From an uncultured virus (IMG/VR IMGVR_UViG_3300044670_002562) (taxonomy: Duplodnaviria > Heunggongvirae > Uroviricota > Caudoviricetes): 64,000 nt of DNA. This document shows positions 47,495 to 57,545 of this stretch, piece after piece; positions within the stretch are counted from its first letter, which is position 1, and every line of letters starts with the position of its first letter. The notes below the pieces were generated by a model that had not been told where the DNA came from, made no database searches, and saw only the letters and a program-made list of their open reading frames with translations. The DNA is taken from the IMG/VR virus record IMGVR_UViG_3300044670_002562, one strand, 5' to 3'. The translations under genes and the position numbers were made by a program.

Positions 47495-47824
47495 CTATAC
47501 TGGGATCTCTATATACTCAAACTGATGAGGTCCGTTCGATCCGTCCTCATTGCATAGGTACCAGCCATCTATATCCACCCATCCTATCTCGTGTGAATAC
47601 GGAGAACCTATCGTCTCTCCGTCATCCCACATAGCTATGTGTAGCTGCTGCGGTTTCCCAATAGGGCGCATGAGCAGCGTATCGGGCTTAGGCGTATCAG
47701 CTGTAACAGGAGTCCATTCTGAGCTCTCCATGCGCCTCATCTTCAGGATATCGCACCTATGTGTGCTGAGGCGCGGGTCGTTCCACGTATACCCGCAGCT
47801 CGGGCATGTACTGTAGCTGCTCAC
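47495..47824 (-). CDS. Small hypothetical protein with N-terminal CPSCG
   Basis: 109 aa coupled ORF (ATGA overlap). Confidence 0.6.
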   Translation of the reverse strand: MSSYSTCPSCGYTWNDPRLSTHRCDILKMRRMESSEWTPVTADTPKPDTLLMRPIGKPQQLHIAMWDDGETIGSPYSHEIGWVDIDGWYLCNEDGSNGPHQFEYIEIPV

Positions 47825-48372
47825 TGTATTCCGTCTCCTAAGCTCTCACGTATCCGATCCATGCGGGCGGGACTATTAGTCGCTACTGCAAAGCCTTTGT
47901 GAGGAAATACCACATACTCGAACTTACTAAGCGCGGCATGGTATCGAGATCTCTGCGCGTCGTGTAGACATAATACGGTGTCCTCATTATGCTCACGAGC
48001 GTACTGATATACGCGCTCTACGCACTCTGCCCTGCGGCGAGAGTCAACGAAGAATAGATCAAATAGCCCGGACTCGAACATGCCGGGATATCCCGTTATG
48101 TAGTGCTCGGACTCTACCTTCATATACAGGACGGTCTGTCGCTTAAATTGTACGTCGGGAATCCAGCGCTTTTCTTGCTCCACTGATACGACGTTCTTCA
48201 CGTTATACTGTAGGGCCATCTCCGTGTTCTTGCCGGGACCCCACTCGTATACTCCGATCGGCTGCGCAGCCTCTAATACTTTCTGGTAATGCGGAACATA
48301 GCTCTGCACACCCTGGGCGCAGGGGCAGTTATGTCTGTGTCCGCAATAGGGGAACTTTGTAGCATCTGCCAT
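47821..48372 (-). CDS. Class I SAM-dependent methyltransferase-like protein
   Basis: YEWGPGKNT motif I, VVSVEQ, FDLFFVDS, LHDAQR. Confidence 0.7.
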   Translation of the reverse strand: MADATKFPYCGHRHNCPCAQGVQSYVPHYQKVLEAAQPIGVYEWGPGKNTEMALQYNVKNVVSVEQEKRWIPDVQFKRQTVLYMKVESEHYITGYPGMFESGLFDLFFVDSRRRAECVERVYQYAREHNEDTVLCLHDAQRSRYHAALSKFEYVVFPHKGFAVATNSPARMDRIRESLGDGIQ

Positions 48373-49251
48373 CTACTTAACCTCCGGTAGCTGGAACGGG
48401 ACATACGGCTGTTCCTTCCAGCCGGGGAGGTAGCAATGCATCTCGCGCCCGAATCGAGCGTCTGTCCAGTACTGTCCTGCCGACGTTCCTGCGGACACTC
48501 CTCCTACGTGTTGTATAAGCCCTATGGGGGTCGCATAGCGCGTCCATTCCTTATCACTCCATGCTCCGTACAGCAGGTCCGCAGGGTCGTCTGTCTCGTG
48601 CTTCTTTAGATAGGATAGTAGGCTAGGTACGCACTCTCTGTCGTAGTAGATTCCACAAAGACCTGCAAATGGACCTCCTCCCGAGCAGAAGTATTGGCCG
48701 CGGTAGAATGGATTCTTCCCTATGTAGTGGCCTGTGCTGTAGAACGTAAGCGTATTCCCGTCTTGCCGGAGCTGGTGGGATCGCATCTCATTAATAGCGT
48801 CCAGTGCGTATCCCCAGAATCCGTCTGCGAATACGACATCGTCTTCACATATAAGGAATCCCTTATCTTCTGTCGATAGCGCAAACTCCAAGGCCCGGAT
48901 ATAATTCCGAGTGAGCTTTCTATGCGGGGTACGTGCGCCTTTATTCAGATCTCGAGGAGGCGGGTGGACCTGCACTCGATCTGTATGTCTGTAGAACCAA
49001 TCCAGATAGTTGGTGGGACCGTTCCCTACTAGTAGATCTACGCCTGCTACTTCATGGCTCTTAGGGTCGCACATCCACAGACTAGATAGCGTCTGGTAGA
49101 TGTAGTGCTCTCCTTTTGCTACCTTTCGTCCTCCTTGGATGCCGGATCGCTCTCTACGATTACAGGTAAAGAACAGCACTCGTATATCGGCCGCTGTGAG
49201 CATACGCGTATGAGCATCTGGTCGTAGTTTATCTTTTAGTGCATAGGACAT
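48373..49251 (-). CDS. GT-A fold glycosyltransferase
   Basis: FLICEDDV DxD-like motif, PADLL, LIQHVG. Confidence 0.7.
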   Translation of the reverse strand: MSYALKDKLRPDAHTRMLTAADIRVLFFTCNRRERSGIQGGRKVAKGEHYIYQTLSSLWMCDPKSHEVAGVDLLVGNGPTNYLDWFYRHTDRVQVHPPPRDLNKGARTPHRKLTRNYIRALEFALSTEDKGFLICEDDVVFADGFWGYALDAINEMRSHQLRQDGNTLTFYSTGHYIGKNPFYRGQYFCSGGGPFAGLCGIYYDRECVPSLLSYLKKHETDDPADLLYGAWSDKEWTRYATPIGLIQHVGGVSAGTSAGQYWTDARFGREMHCYLPGWKEQPYVPFQLPEVK

Positions 49252-49284
49252 AGTTTGTATCTTTCGAAGGTCTGCGGTGAGGGA

Positions 49285-50616
49285 CTACACGTTAGTGTAG
49301 TCTTCTAGGCGACGCAAGCGGCCCTGTTCGATATATTCGGCTACGAGGCGCTTCTCTGCTTCAAAGGGGTGCCCGCTCCATCCCCCATGCGTGAAGCCGA
49401 CTAAGTATATCTCGTGATCCTTCCATTCTGGTTGGTTCAGGGCCATATAGATAGATACCATTCCTGTACTAGGCGTGTCGAACTTGCGCTGGAACTTCTT
49501 GAGGGCTGCGTCCAGATCTCCCCACAGCTCTTGAGACGGATACTGTATCTGGACCTCCTCTCGGAACTGTTGCGCTTTGATGACGTGTCCCGAACGGTCC
49601 TTACCAGCAGAGTTAGACCACAGGTGCGGTCGAGAGAACCATACTCGCTCTATCTCATCACCTACTCGTCCGCCTGGAGTAAGGTACTTCTTAGGGCTGC
49701 AGAATTTGGGGGCCGCTCCTTCTCCGGCATTAATGCAGGCCCATACCGTGGTCTTCTGTCCCATTCTCCGCTGTTCGTTGCCGTAGCCTATGCAGAGGTT
49801 CATTCGGATGACCTCATCCATGTCGTTAATGATAGGGCAGTAGTTGTCCAGCTTGTTGTGGTTATTCGCTACTAGAGCGATCTTCTTCTTGTCGGATGGT
49901 GGATCTATCCACTTGCGTGCCTTCTTCAACATATTGCCGTTGCCTCCCCCTGCCCATAGATGGTATGCGAAGGGCACTCTATGTGCTCCTCCGAATTTAT
50001 CTTCGATACGAGCCTTGTCCCACCCCTTCTCCGCTAGTTCTCTGAAGAAGTCCAGTCCTCCGCGATGCGATCCCAAGGACCATACGTAGAAGTCCCTCTT
50101 AGTCGCCACGGTCGTGATCTCTTTATGCTCTCTAGCCATTCTAGTCATCAGACGCGGCCCGAACATGGTTCTATCCACCTTACCGTTAGCGGCTTCTTCT
50201 AGGTACTGGTCCAGGTGTGTCCACGCAGGCGAGAACTTAGAGAGTCCGATAATGCCGTTAGCGATAACCTTATTCTTATCCCATCGCCTATCGTCCGTCT
50301 GGCGGGTGAGGAAGAAGTCTGCTTCGATGCTGTACTTGTCGAATATGTCCGACATAGGTCGCAGAGGGACGAAGTCGCAATCGAAGTACCATCCCCCGTA
50401 TCGCTTTAGGGCAGATAGCCGGAGTATATCCGACTTAGAGCAGAACTGCGGGGCTATATCGTAATACTTCTTATACTCAGGTAAGAGAACTTCCTCTCCG
50501 TGTACTGTGACCTCGTATTCTGGGTTACGCTCAGCGAACCACTGTATGCACTGCTGGCCGAAGTCCGGTAAAGGCTTATCGCCCACCCATATAAAGTGGA
50601 GTTTCTTTGGAATCAT
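49285..50616 (-). CDS. Bifunctional glycosyltransferase: GT32 (DXD) domain + GT29 sialyltransferase-like domain
   Basis: Start MIPKKLHFIWVG at 50616; SDILRL..YGGWYFDCDF..FGP; then IALVANN..DEVIRMN..MGQKT (L-motif-like), PSTG..EIYLVGF (S), GHPFEAE (VS). Confidence 0.8.
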   Translation of the reverse strand: MIPKKLHFIWVGDKPLPDFGQQCIQWFAERNPEYEVTVHGEEVLLPEYKKYYDIAPQFCSKSDILRLSALKRYGGWYFDCDFVPLRPMSDIFDKYSIEADFFLTRQTDDRRWDKNKVIANGIIGLSKFSPAWTHLDQYLEEAANGKVDRTMFGPRLMTRMAREHKEITTVATKRDFYVWSLGSHRGGLDFFRELAEKGWDKARIEDKFGGAHRVPFAYHLWAGGGNGNMLKKARKWIDPPSDKKKIALVANNHNKLDNYCPIINDMDEVIRMNLCIGYGNEQRRMGQKTTVWACINAGEGAAPKFCSPKKYLTPGGRVGDEIERVWFSRPHLWSNSAGKDRSGHVIKAQQFREEVQIQYPSQELWGDLDAALKKFQRKFDTPSTGMVSIYMALNQPEWKDHEIYLVGFTHGGWSGHPFEAEKRLVAEYIEQGRLRRLEDYTNV

Positions 50617-50698
50617 CGCTATTCTCCTGTGGGGCGTATTCCTGCTCAGGGATATTCTTTTCGTTTTTCCATTCAAAAGCTGGGAAGAAGGAGGCGAG

Positions 50699-51304
50699 CT
50701 ATTCGGAGATCCCGAATGTCTTAAATAACAGCCCAAATAGCCGCACATTCTTGCGAGGCGCGTGGGATTTGTAGTGCTGGTAGACCTTAGAGTCCGCGGC
50801 ATATAGGTAATATCCGTGTCTCCGCATTATCTCCACATAGTCAGTCAAGTCTCGGTTGAATACAGGAGGAGTTCCCGGTCGTCGCCACTCCCTTCCCAAG
50901 ATCTCCGCAACGCAGACATACGGGTGATCTGCCTGGCGGATATTGTAGAGAACGTGATCCAAGGTAGTGTCGTCCATGTGTAGAAAGACTGTATAGGCCA
51001 GCGTTACGTCTGCGGTAGGGTACTCGCTATCTACCCTAACTTCCTTGAAGGTGTATCCCGGGTTCGCCTGCTTTGCTTGTGCGATAGCTCCGGGATTCAG
51101 GTCGGTACCTATGTACTCCTCTGGGCCTCGTACAGAGCATAGACGTCCCCTACCGCAGCCGATATCGTGAACTACCTTGATATCCGGAGCCGCAGTTAGG
51201 AGCTCTCTTGTGAATTCGACTACATCAAACCCCTCCGGGCAGTCTGTCCGCCCAGCAGTTATGTTATGTCCCTGATCCTTTGTCCAATAGCTCTTAAAAT
51301 CCAC
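50699..51304 (-). CDS. Class I SAM-dependent methyltransferase
   Basis: VHDIGCGRG, YIGTDLN, TVFLHM. Confidence 0.85.
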   Translation of the reverse strand: MDFKSYWTKDQGHNITAGRTDCPEGFDVVEFTRELLTAAPDIKVVHDIGCGRGRLCSVRGPEEYIGTDLNPGAIAQAKQANPGYTFKEVRVDSEYPTADVTLAYTVFLHMDDTTLDHVLYNIRQADHPYVCVAEILGREWRRPGTPPVFNRDLTDYVEIMRRHGYYLYAADSKVYQHYKSHAPRKNVRLFGLLFKTFGISE

Positions 51305-51321
51305 TCTGCCTTACTGCGCTC

Positions 51322-52506
51322 CTATTTCACATAGATATGGGCCATGTCTCTTTCGCCGCACGCTAATCGTATACCTACTTCGCTAACACACGTTATGACA
51401 TGCACTGTTCCTTTGGGAAGAAAGACTACGCTGCCTTCTTCTGCTAATATTATCTCGTCAGGAGATTTATTGAGATCTCCAGAATTTGCATAGTTCCACA
51501 GTTCGTATCGGAAGCACCCTTCCACAATAAACCAGAACTCCGCCTTAGACGCATGGAAATGTTTCCTGCACCCTTCTCCTTTGTACTGGCAGATGAGGCC
51601 TACTTGGTCCTTATCCGATAGCACTACCGGCACGGTCCCCGGACGGCCGCCTAGGGCCTCCTTAGCGTCAGCTAAGGTAGTTACGCGTTTATTGCTCTCC
51701 GAGTCGGTAAGGGGAGATCCGTCTCGAGATATCAGCTCCTCTAAGTTTGACTCAATTCCCAATACCAGGTCGGGATTGAACTTAAATTTGCCTACATCCT
51801 CAGCAGATCTTTTATGGGCCAGACACGCCTCTATAATGTAAAGGTCCTGCGGAGAGTCTAGCTCTAGCGCGTCCATCTTAGGAATATTCACATACCCTAC
51901 GTCACCGTTAAAGGTAGGTCCTGTCTGGTACGAGCCTATAAACTCTTCCTTCTTCCAAGCGCAGATGGCCCACGATATACTTGTAACTGGCACTAGCGTC
52001 TGCGTGGGCTGCTTTCTGCAGGGGGAGAAGTTTATCGGAGTAGCCTCTAGGAAGCTCTCAATGTAGTTTTCTACTACAGCGAACTGACTATCGACACCAG
52101 TCTTTACGAACGTGGCTACAAATTGCCGAATATACTCCGGCGAAATTAGCGGTGAAGTCGTGTGGATCATGACGACATTGTCCGCATTAGCGACCGAGGT
52201 CATAAAGGAATATATGAAATGATCCGCTACCTGACATCGATCTCCTCGACAAGTAGCGGAAGAATTGCTCATTATACAGGAGGTGCCGCCTAGCTGGGGT
52301 ACTCTCTCCCTAAACGTAGCTCCCAAGCTCTCAACAAGAGGCCTTAGCTGAGTGAGGTCACTATCTACATATACTCTATCAAAAACGCCAGATTCTATGG
52401 CTGATTGGACAACGTAGTATATTGCGGGATACCCGTTTATGAGGATAAGGTTCTTATCCTCTACTCGAGTAGACCCAGAGAGCGCGGGAATTAGGGCTAC
52501 AGTCAT
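51322..52506 (-). CDS. Acylneuraminate/ulosonate cytidylyltransferase fused to a C-terminal cupin
   Basis: ALIPALSGSTRVEDKN (PARxGSxRxxxKN-like), TTSPL, ELDSPQDL; cupin KHFHASKAEFW...PKGTVH. Confidence 0.85.
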   Translation of the reverse strand: MTVALIPALSGSTRVEDKNLILINGYPAIYYVVQSAIESGVFDRVYVDSDLTQLRPLVESLGATFRERVPQLGGTSCIMSNSSATCRGDRCQVADHFIYSFMTSVANADNVVMIHTTSPLISPEYIRQFVATFVKTGVDSQFAVVENYIESFLEATPINFSPCRKQPTQTLVPVTSISWAICAWKKEEFIGSYQTGPTFNGDVGYVNIPKMDALELDSPQDLYIIEACLAHKRSAEDVGKFKFNPDLVLGIESNLEELISRDGSPLTDSESNKRVTTLADAKEALGGRPGTVPVVLSDKDQVGLICQYKGEGCRKHFHASKAEFWFIVEGCFRYELWNYANSGDLNKSPDEIILAEEGSVVFLPKGTVHVITCVSEVGIRLACGERDMAHIYVK

Positions 52507-53075
52507 AGGTCTCTACCGATCGGCGCGCTCTTCCGTACCTTCTCCGCTGAGATAAGAGGGCACCTATTTCCCGTAGCCACGACCAACTCGTAGAATAGGA
52601 TCAGAGTCAATATCTCGGTTACGTGAAAGTAGTCTGTCTTTAGGGCTACGTTATTGACCCCGTCTATCTCGGACTCGTGTCCGCTAATGAGGTGGCACGA
52701 TACATTCTTTGTTGCACTGTAGTGCTCCAAGGCTTTGACTACATTGGCGGACGTTCCCGAACAAGACAGGCCGATGATAACAATATCTTCGTCTTTATCT
52801 GCTACGCCCTCCAGATCCAACCACCTCTGGAATATCTTATCAAATCCGTAATCGTTGGCAATAGATGTCATCAAGCACTGGGAGTCTAGCGAGGTAAACA
52901 CCTTACTAGTTAATCTGGTCACGTCGTCAGACCCGTGCGAAGCCACGGCCCATAGGCCCCCGTTTCCGAAGGCGTATACCTTCTTAGTGCTCATTACATC
53001 AGCGACTAGCTTAGCCCATTCCTTAGTCTGTACTACGGCGGCGTGCTTCTCTTCTATGCTGTCTAGGTCTAGCAT
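52503..53075 (-). CDS. SIS-domain phosphosugar isomerase (GmhA-like)
   Basis: FGNGG, SIANDYGFDKIF, GLSCSGTSANVV. Confidence 0.8.
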   Translation of the reverse strand: MLDLDSIEEKHAAVVQTKEWAKLVADVMSTKKVYAFGNGGLWAVASHGSDDVTRLTSKVFTSLDSQCLMTSIANDYGFDKIFQRWLDLEGVADKDEDIVIIGLSCSGTSANVVKALEHYSATKNVSCHLISGHESEIDGVNNVALKTDYFHVTEILTLILFYELVVATGNRCPLISAEKVRKSAPIGRDL

Positions 53076-53084
53076 TCGTGTCTC

Positions 53085-53828
53085 CTATGGGGTCGGTTTA
53101 TCACTACCGAGCTGCTGTTGTAGTAGAAAGTCATCCAAGATTACCCTACTGTCGTTCTCGATTAATGATAGTATATATTTTAGTTGATTTTCGCCAGAGG
53201 CGTGACTAGAGGCTATGATGTGCTTTTTGGCCCTTCTTGGGTTCTCCAAGCCCTTGCGATATTTAGGGACATACCCTGTCCTGTAGAACGAGAGCCCTGT
53301 GATATATAGCGATTCTATGTCGTACCGCAGGATGTCCCATATAGCATTGGTGCCGGTATTAGGTTTACCTTTACAGCCCCAGTACGCTTTTCGCCAATGC
53401 TCGGCATCCATGACAGGCACAGGAAATTTTCCGCCCACCACTTTTAAGAAATTTTTAACAGTCCTGAATGAGTATAGATCCGACCCAAACCCTTCGCGCA
53501 GCATAGCCTTGCCCATTACACCCCATACTACAAACTTGTAGTTTTGCGATCTGATGAACTTCTTGTTCGCTAGCCTGACTCCCCCTGCCGTCTGCGTAGG
53601 GACCAAGCAGCTGTATAGGACATCTGTTCTAGATCCTATATCTTCGTGCCAGCACTCCCATGCCCAGAATTGTTTGTTTATACGTACGACAACATCGTGA
53701 TCGTCTATGTACTTACCTTTCCCTGTTTCTAGCGCCGTAGATGCTGGGCCGACTAGCGCAACGCGTTTCCCTTTTAGATACTCCGCATATCTCTCGTTAG
53801 CCTCTGTAGCTGTCATAAAGTACTCCAC
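53085..53828 (-). CDS. GT29 sialyltransferase-like glycosyltransferase
   Basis: RVALVGP..GKYIDDHDVVVRIN..DIGSRT (L-motif-like); PNTG..LYITGLSFY (S-motif-like). Confidence 0.75.
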   Translation of the reverse strand: MEYFMTATEANERYAEYLKGKRVALVGPASTALETGKGKYIDDHDVVVRINKQFWAWECWHEDIGSRTDVLYSCLVPTQTAGGVRLANKKFIRSQNYKFVVWGVMGKAMLREGFGSDLYSFRTVKNFLKVVGGKFPVPVMDAEHWRKAYWGCKGKPNTGTNAIWDILRYDIESLYITGLSFYRTGYVPKYRKGLENPRRAKKHIIASSHASGENQLKYILSLIENDSRVILDDFLLQQQLGSDKPTP

Positions 53829-54883
53829 ACCTTGGTTGCCGCTTCCGTAATTTCTGAATCCGCTACATCTTGGTAAAGTGATAGTCGGCCCTGCCCTTCA
53901 TACAGCACTGCGGACAGCTCCGGACCTATTCTTTTCTTATCCCAGCGCATGTAGTACGTAACGTCAGGTATTTGTATGTCCCGTAATTTGCCGGGGTCCG
54001 GCATGAAAGGCGATATGCACGTCAGGTTATACTTCCGAGCCTCTTCCGTTATCAATCCCCGGGCCTCCGCCACTCGGTCCGCCACTAGTATGCCTACCAG
54101 GACCGCCTGTCCGTGGGGTATCGAGAAAGCTGATGCTGACTCCAAGGCGTGCCCAAAGCAGTGTCCGTAGTTGCACAAGTTTCTCCGGCCTTTGTCAAAC
54201 TCATCAGACTCAAAATAGGCTCTTTTTATGCACAAGCAGTCGTATATTATCTCCTCCAGCTCGGCATTCGATATACTATCCTGCGCTAAGCGGCTGCTTA
54301 CCTCCTTGACATTAGCGCTGCTGGCAGGGGCCATGAGGTTAAACTTTATGATCTCCCCTACTCCGCTATTAAACTCATCAAGGGATAGGGAGGAGAGTAG
54401 GGTAACATCCAGGTATATGCAGTGAGGGGGGTAGAACAGTCCTAGGGTGTTCTTTTTTTCGCCGAGGTTGATAGATACCTTAGACCCTATGCAGCTGTCT
54501 GCTTGCGACAACAGCGTCGTAGGCACATACACCCATTGTACTCCTCTATACAGAGTGGCGGCTATAAATCCAGACAGATCCTGTAGGACGCCTCCGCCGA
54601 TAGTTATTAAAGTGTGATTTCTCCGGAATCCTCCGTCTATCAGACGCTGCATCCACTTGGATACTGCCGAATACTCCTTTTCCCTCTCGCTGGCGACTAC
54701 TTCAAAAACTATCGAGCTTTTAGGTAAGGACGTGAAGAAATCTCTATAGATGTCGCAGACTTTGCTGTCAGCTAAAATATAGCACGGTCCCTCGGCTATT
54801 AACTTGCCTACTTCCTCAAAGGCATTCGGTACTATGCTTAGTGCGTATTCTCTTACCGAGCTGGGTATGTATAGTCTACGCAA
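53813..54883 (-). CDS. 3-dehydroquinate-synthase-like sugar phosphate cyclase
   Basis: GGGVLQD, PTTLLSQADSCIGSK, KNTLG, GEIIK, NYGHCFGHALE, HGQAV, DKK. Confidence 0.9.
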   Translation of the reverse strand: MRRLYIPSSVREYALSIVPNAFEEVGKLIAEGPCYILADSKVCDIYRDFFTSLPKSSIVFEVVASEREKEYSAVSKWMQRLIDGGFRRNHTLITIGGGVLQDLSGFIAATLYRGVQWVYVPTTLLSQADSCIGSKVSINLGEKKNTLGLFYPPHCIYLDVTLLSSLSLDEFNSGVGEIIKFNLMAPASSANVKEVSSRLAQDSISNAELEEIIYDCLCIKRAYFESDEFDKGRRNLCNYGHCFGHALESASAFSIPHGQAVLVGILVADRVAEARGLITEEARKYNLTCISPFMPDPGKLRDIQIPDVTYYMRWDKKRIGPELSAVLYEGQGRLSLYQDVADSEITEAATKVWSTL

Positions 54884-55604
54884 GAGTCTCTCCTCCGTCT
54901 ACTACTATGTCTTGCCCTGTTATGTAGGTGTTTTTATCGGAGCATAGGAACTCAACGACTGCAGCTATCTCTTCCGGATCCGCTAGACGCCTCCGGGGGA
55001 TATGGTTAACTCGGCTCAGTATCTCCGCAGGCGATAAAGCTTTTGTTACCATAGGAGTCCGGGTCGTACCTGGAGAGACTGTATTGGCAAGGATGCCTCG
55101 GGGAGCTAGGTCTAGAGCTATTGCTCTAATTAGCCCTTGGATACTGCCTTTAGACGTCCCGTACGTCACACCGCCTGCTCTCGGCTTTTTTGCCGCTATA
55201 GACGATATAGCCACTATTCTGCCTGGGCTCTGTCTGTTTGTCATGCCAGCAGTAGCTGCCTTTATGATCTGGGTAGGCGCTATCAGGTTGACCATCAGCA
55301 TGTGCTTCCAATCGCTATCTCTATATTGCTCTGGCCACGCTCTGTCGAACACTCCTGCGCATATAACAACGACGTCTATAGGGCGCGTGCTTATTTTGCG
55401 ACATGCCGAATCTACACTATCCTGTGACGCTAGGTCCAGCTCTATCTGCTCGGTGACTTGTTCGGGTATTTCGTCTCCAGGGCCTACGGATCTAAAAGTC
55501 CCTATGACTGTGTCGCCGTTTGCTCTAAACTCTTCGGCGACAGCTTTACCTATGCCGGACGCTGCTCCTACGACCAAGGCTACTCGTTTTCCTTGAGTAT
55601 TCAT
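54876..55604 (-). CDS. Short-chain dehydrogenase/reductase
   Basis: GAASGIG, SS, YGTSK, PG, YITGQ..VDGG. Confidence 0.9.
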   Translation of the reverse strand: MNTQGKRVALVVGAASGIGKAVAEEFRANGDTVIGTFRSVGPGDEIPEQVTEQIELDLASQDSVDSACRKISTRPIDVVVICAGVFDRAWPEQYRDSDWKHMLMVNLIAPTQIIKAATAGMTNRQSPGRIVAISSIAAKKPRAGGVTYGTSKGSIQGLIRAIALDLAPRGILANTVSPGTTRTPMVTKALSPAEILSRVNHIPRRRLADPEEIAAVVEFLCSDKNTYITGQDIVVDGGETLA

Positions 55605-56332
55605 TATACTATGACAAAACCTCCGTCTACGATTATATCCTGCCCTGTTATATGGCCGGCCTTGTCAGATACTAGAAATCTAACCACCTCGGCTATTTCT
55701 GCGGGGCGCGCCATCCTTTCTAGGGGTATCTCTCTGCATAGGGCCTTTCTGTCCTCTTCGGATAGCATAGCCCGAGTCAATTCCGTATCTGTAAAACCGG
55801 GACAGACATTGTTTACTGACACATCGTAAGGAGCTAGCTCCAAGGCTACCTCTTTTGTAAATGCCGATAAGCCTGCCTTTGAGGCTGAGTACGACGCGCG
55901 CGTGCTTCGAGATACTGTCCCAAATATAGAGCCTATATTTACTATCCTGCCTTTTTTTGCAGCCCGCATCTTAGGGACAACTGCTTTAGTGACTCGCATA
56001 GGTCCGGACAAATTTACAGACAGTATCTTATCCAGAGTACCGGTGGTCAGGTCTAGTATCCCCTGCCTCTCGTTTATACCTGCGTTGTTCACTACCACGT
56101 CCCATCGCATCTGGTATATAAAATCCGGAAGCCGGCTATTAAGTAGATCTAGTTTTTTGTAGTCAGCGCCCTCTATTCTGCCCTTATCCGACAAGTCCGA
56201 AGTCCCTGTATACGTGACTAGATATCCAGCATCTTGTAGGCATTCGACGATAGCTTTACCTATGCCTCTAGTGCCTCCTGTGACTAGCGCTAGCCGAGGA
56301 GGGCTAGCGCTACTATCTATTGAATCTAGCAT
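55604..56332 (-). CDS. Short-chain dehydrogenase/reductase
   Basis: TGGTRGIG, NNAG, YSASK, ITGQ..VDGG. Confidence 0.9.
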   Translation of the reverse strand: MLDSIDSSASPPRLALVTGGTRGIGKAIVECLQDAGYLVTYTGTSDLSDKGRIEGADYKKLDLLNSRLPDFIYQMRWDVVVNNAGINERQGILDLTTGTLDKILSVNLSGPMRVTKAVVPKMRAAKKGRIVNIGSIFGTVSRSTRASYSASKAGLSAFTKEVALELAPYDVSVNNVCPGFTDTELTRAMLSEEDRKALCREIPLERMARPAEIAEVVRFLVSDKAGHITGQDIIVDGGFVIV

Positions 56333-57243
56333 ACGTATTCTGATTCCTCTACGCAGTGTGCGTGCAGCTCCTCTGCCAGCTCGTCAAATGTAGGAACATC
56401 TGGGTAGCCCGCCATCTCCCATAGGAGGGCATGCTCTGCAGGGGCGTCCGTGCCTACCCGCACAGATTCTTCAGCGCTCCCCGGGCGCTGTGTATCGACC
56501 ACCGACATGCGCTCTTGCCTAAAATGAGAGATAAGCGATACTGCTTGGTCGAATACGCTAGTGACGCCTTCCGACATGAGGTGGCGTAGATTGTCTATTT
56601 GCTCTCTCTTCGCCTCGTCTCGGATGAGCCCCCTAACAATCTTAGCAAAGGCGAGAGTCGTTATGGGCTGAGAGTATGTATCCTTTGCTACGTCCAGGAC
56701 GGACTCTGTCTCATAGATAGTGTCTAGCAGATTTCCCGGGATACGAGGTCCTATGATATCTGCTCTGAGATGGTAGACTCCCTTTGTGCTCACTTCTCCG
56801 ATCGCGCTCGATCTTCCGTATACTGTCGTAGCGTCTGTCGCAGATGTCTCTGTCCGCAGGTCGCCACTTGGCTGAAATACCGCGTAAGACGACGGCTGAA
56901 TAGTGATCGCCCCAATCCGGTTTACTTCCGAGGCTACGATGCGCGGCAATAGTGAGTTAAGGAGTAGCGCCTGCGCTATATCCTCCTCCGACTCCTCAGG
57001 AGGCGCATAGAGGCAGTTGACGACCGCCTGCGGCTTGGCGGCCTCTAGCACCGCTTGCAGACGCTCTGTGCACGCTCCCCGGCCTGCTGGAGGCTTAAAC
57101 AATAGGTTCCGACAATCGTCGGAACCTCGCAGCGTCCGGTCAGCGAATGTTACCCATGCCTGGGTATCTTGATCTCTTGCGAGAATCCGTACTATCTCGC
57201 GACCTATGCCGGACTCTCCGCCTAATACTAAAACGCTAATCAT
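56326..57243 (-). CDS. RmlD-like (dTDP-4-dehydrorhamnose reductase family) protein, catalytic Lys replaced
   Basis: LGGESGIG, KPQAVVNC, NSLLP, YGRSS in place of YxxxK. Confidence 0.75.
   Translation of the reverse strand: MISVLVLGGESGIGREIVRILARDQDTQAWVTFADRTLRGSDDCRNLLFKPPAGRGACTERLQAVLEAAKPQAVVNCLYAPPEESEEDIAQALLLNSLLPRIVASEVNRIGAITIQPSSYAVFQPSGDLRTETSATDATTVYGRSSAIGEVSTKGVYHLRADIIGPRIPGNLLDTIYETESVLDVAKDTYSQPITTLAFAKIVRGLIRDEAKREQIDNLRHLMSEGVTSVFDQAVSLISHFRQERMSVVDTQRPGSAEESVRVGTDAPAEHALLWEMAGYPDVPTFDELAEELHAHCVEESEYVC
56327..56342. promoter_or_regulatory. Copy of recurrent palindrome (TAGCATACGTATTCTG)
   Basis: Spans the stop/start overlap of the RmlD-like and SDR genes. Confidence 0.5.
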
Positions 57244-57350
57244 ACTATTGTCCTCCTAGGTTGAGCTAGCTTCTAAACTTAATTCCGGCGAGGATAAGCC
57301 CGATATTATTATCTTTGTGTCGCATGACTCTCGGGCCTCTTCAGGTAGCG

Positions 57351-57545
57351 TCATGCTGCATCGTAATCCGGCCGTGTAGTGATCTCAAGTAATCGTCCTA
57401 TGCGTATGATGGTACGTGAGGACGTTCGACAAGCTCTGTTACGGATAAACAGGTCAAGGTATATCGTCCATGTATTCGATAAGGGCTCGAGCGTACAGCT
57501 CACTGCTCCCCTTGTCCACGGACAGTTAATACTCATCGTCATCAT
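57351..57545 (-). CDS. Small hypothetical protein
   Basis: 64 aa; overlaps the stop of the Lar-like gene. Confidence 0.35.
   Translation of the reverse strand: MMTMSINCPWTRGAVSCTLEPLSNTWTIYLDLFIRNRACRTSSRTIIRIGRLLEITTRPDYDAA

Noticed and set aside
53813..54883. Calling the cyclase aroB (shikimate pathway)
   Set aside because: No other shikimate genes are present, the context is sugar-nucleotide/glycan, and family members cannot be separated by eye.
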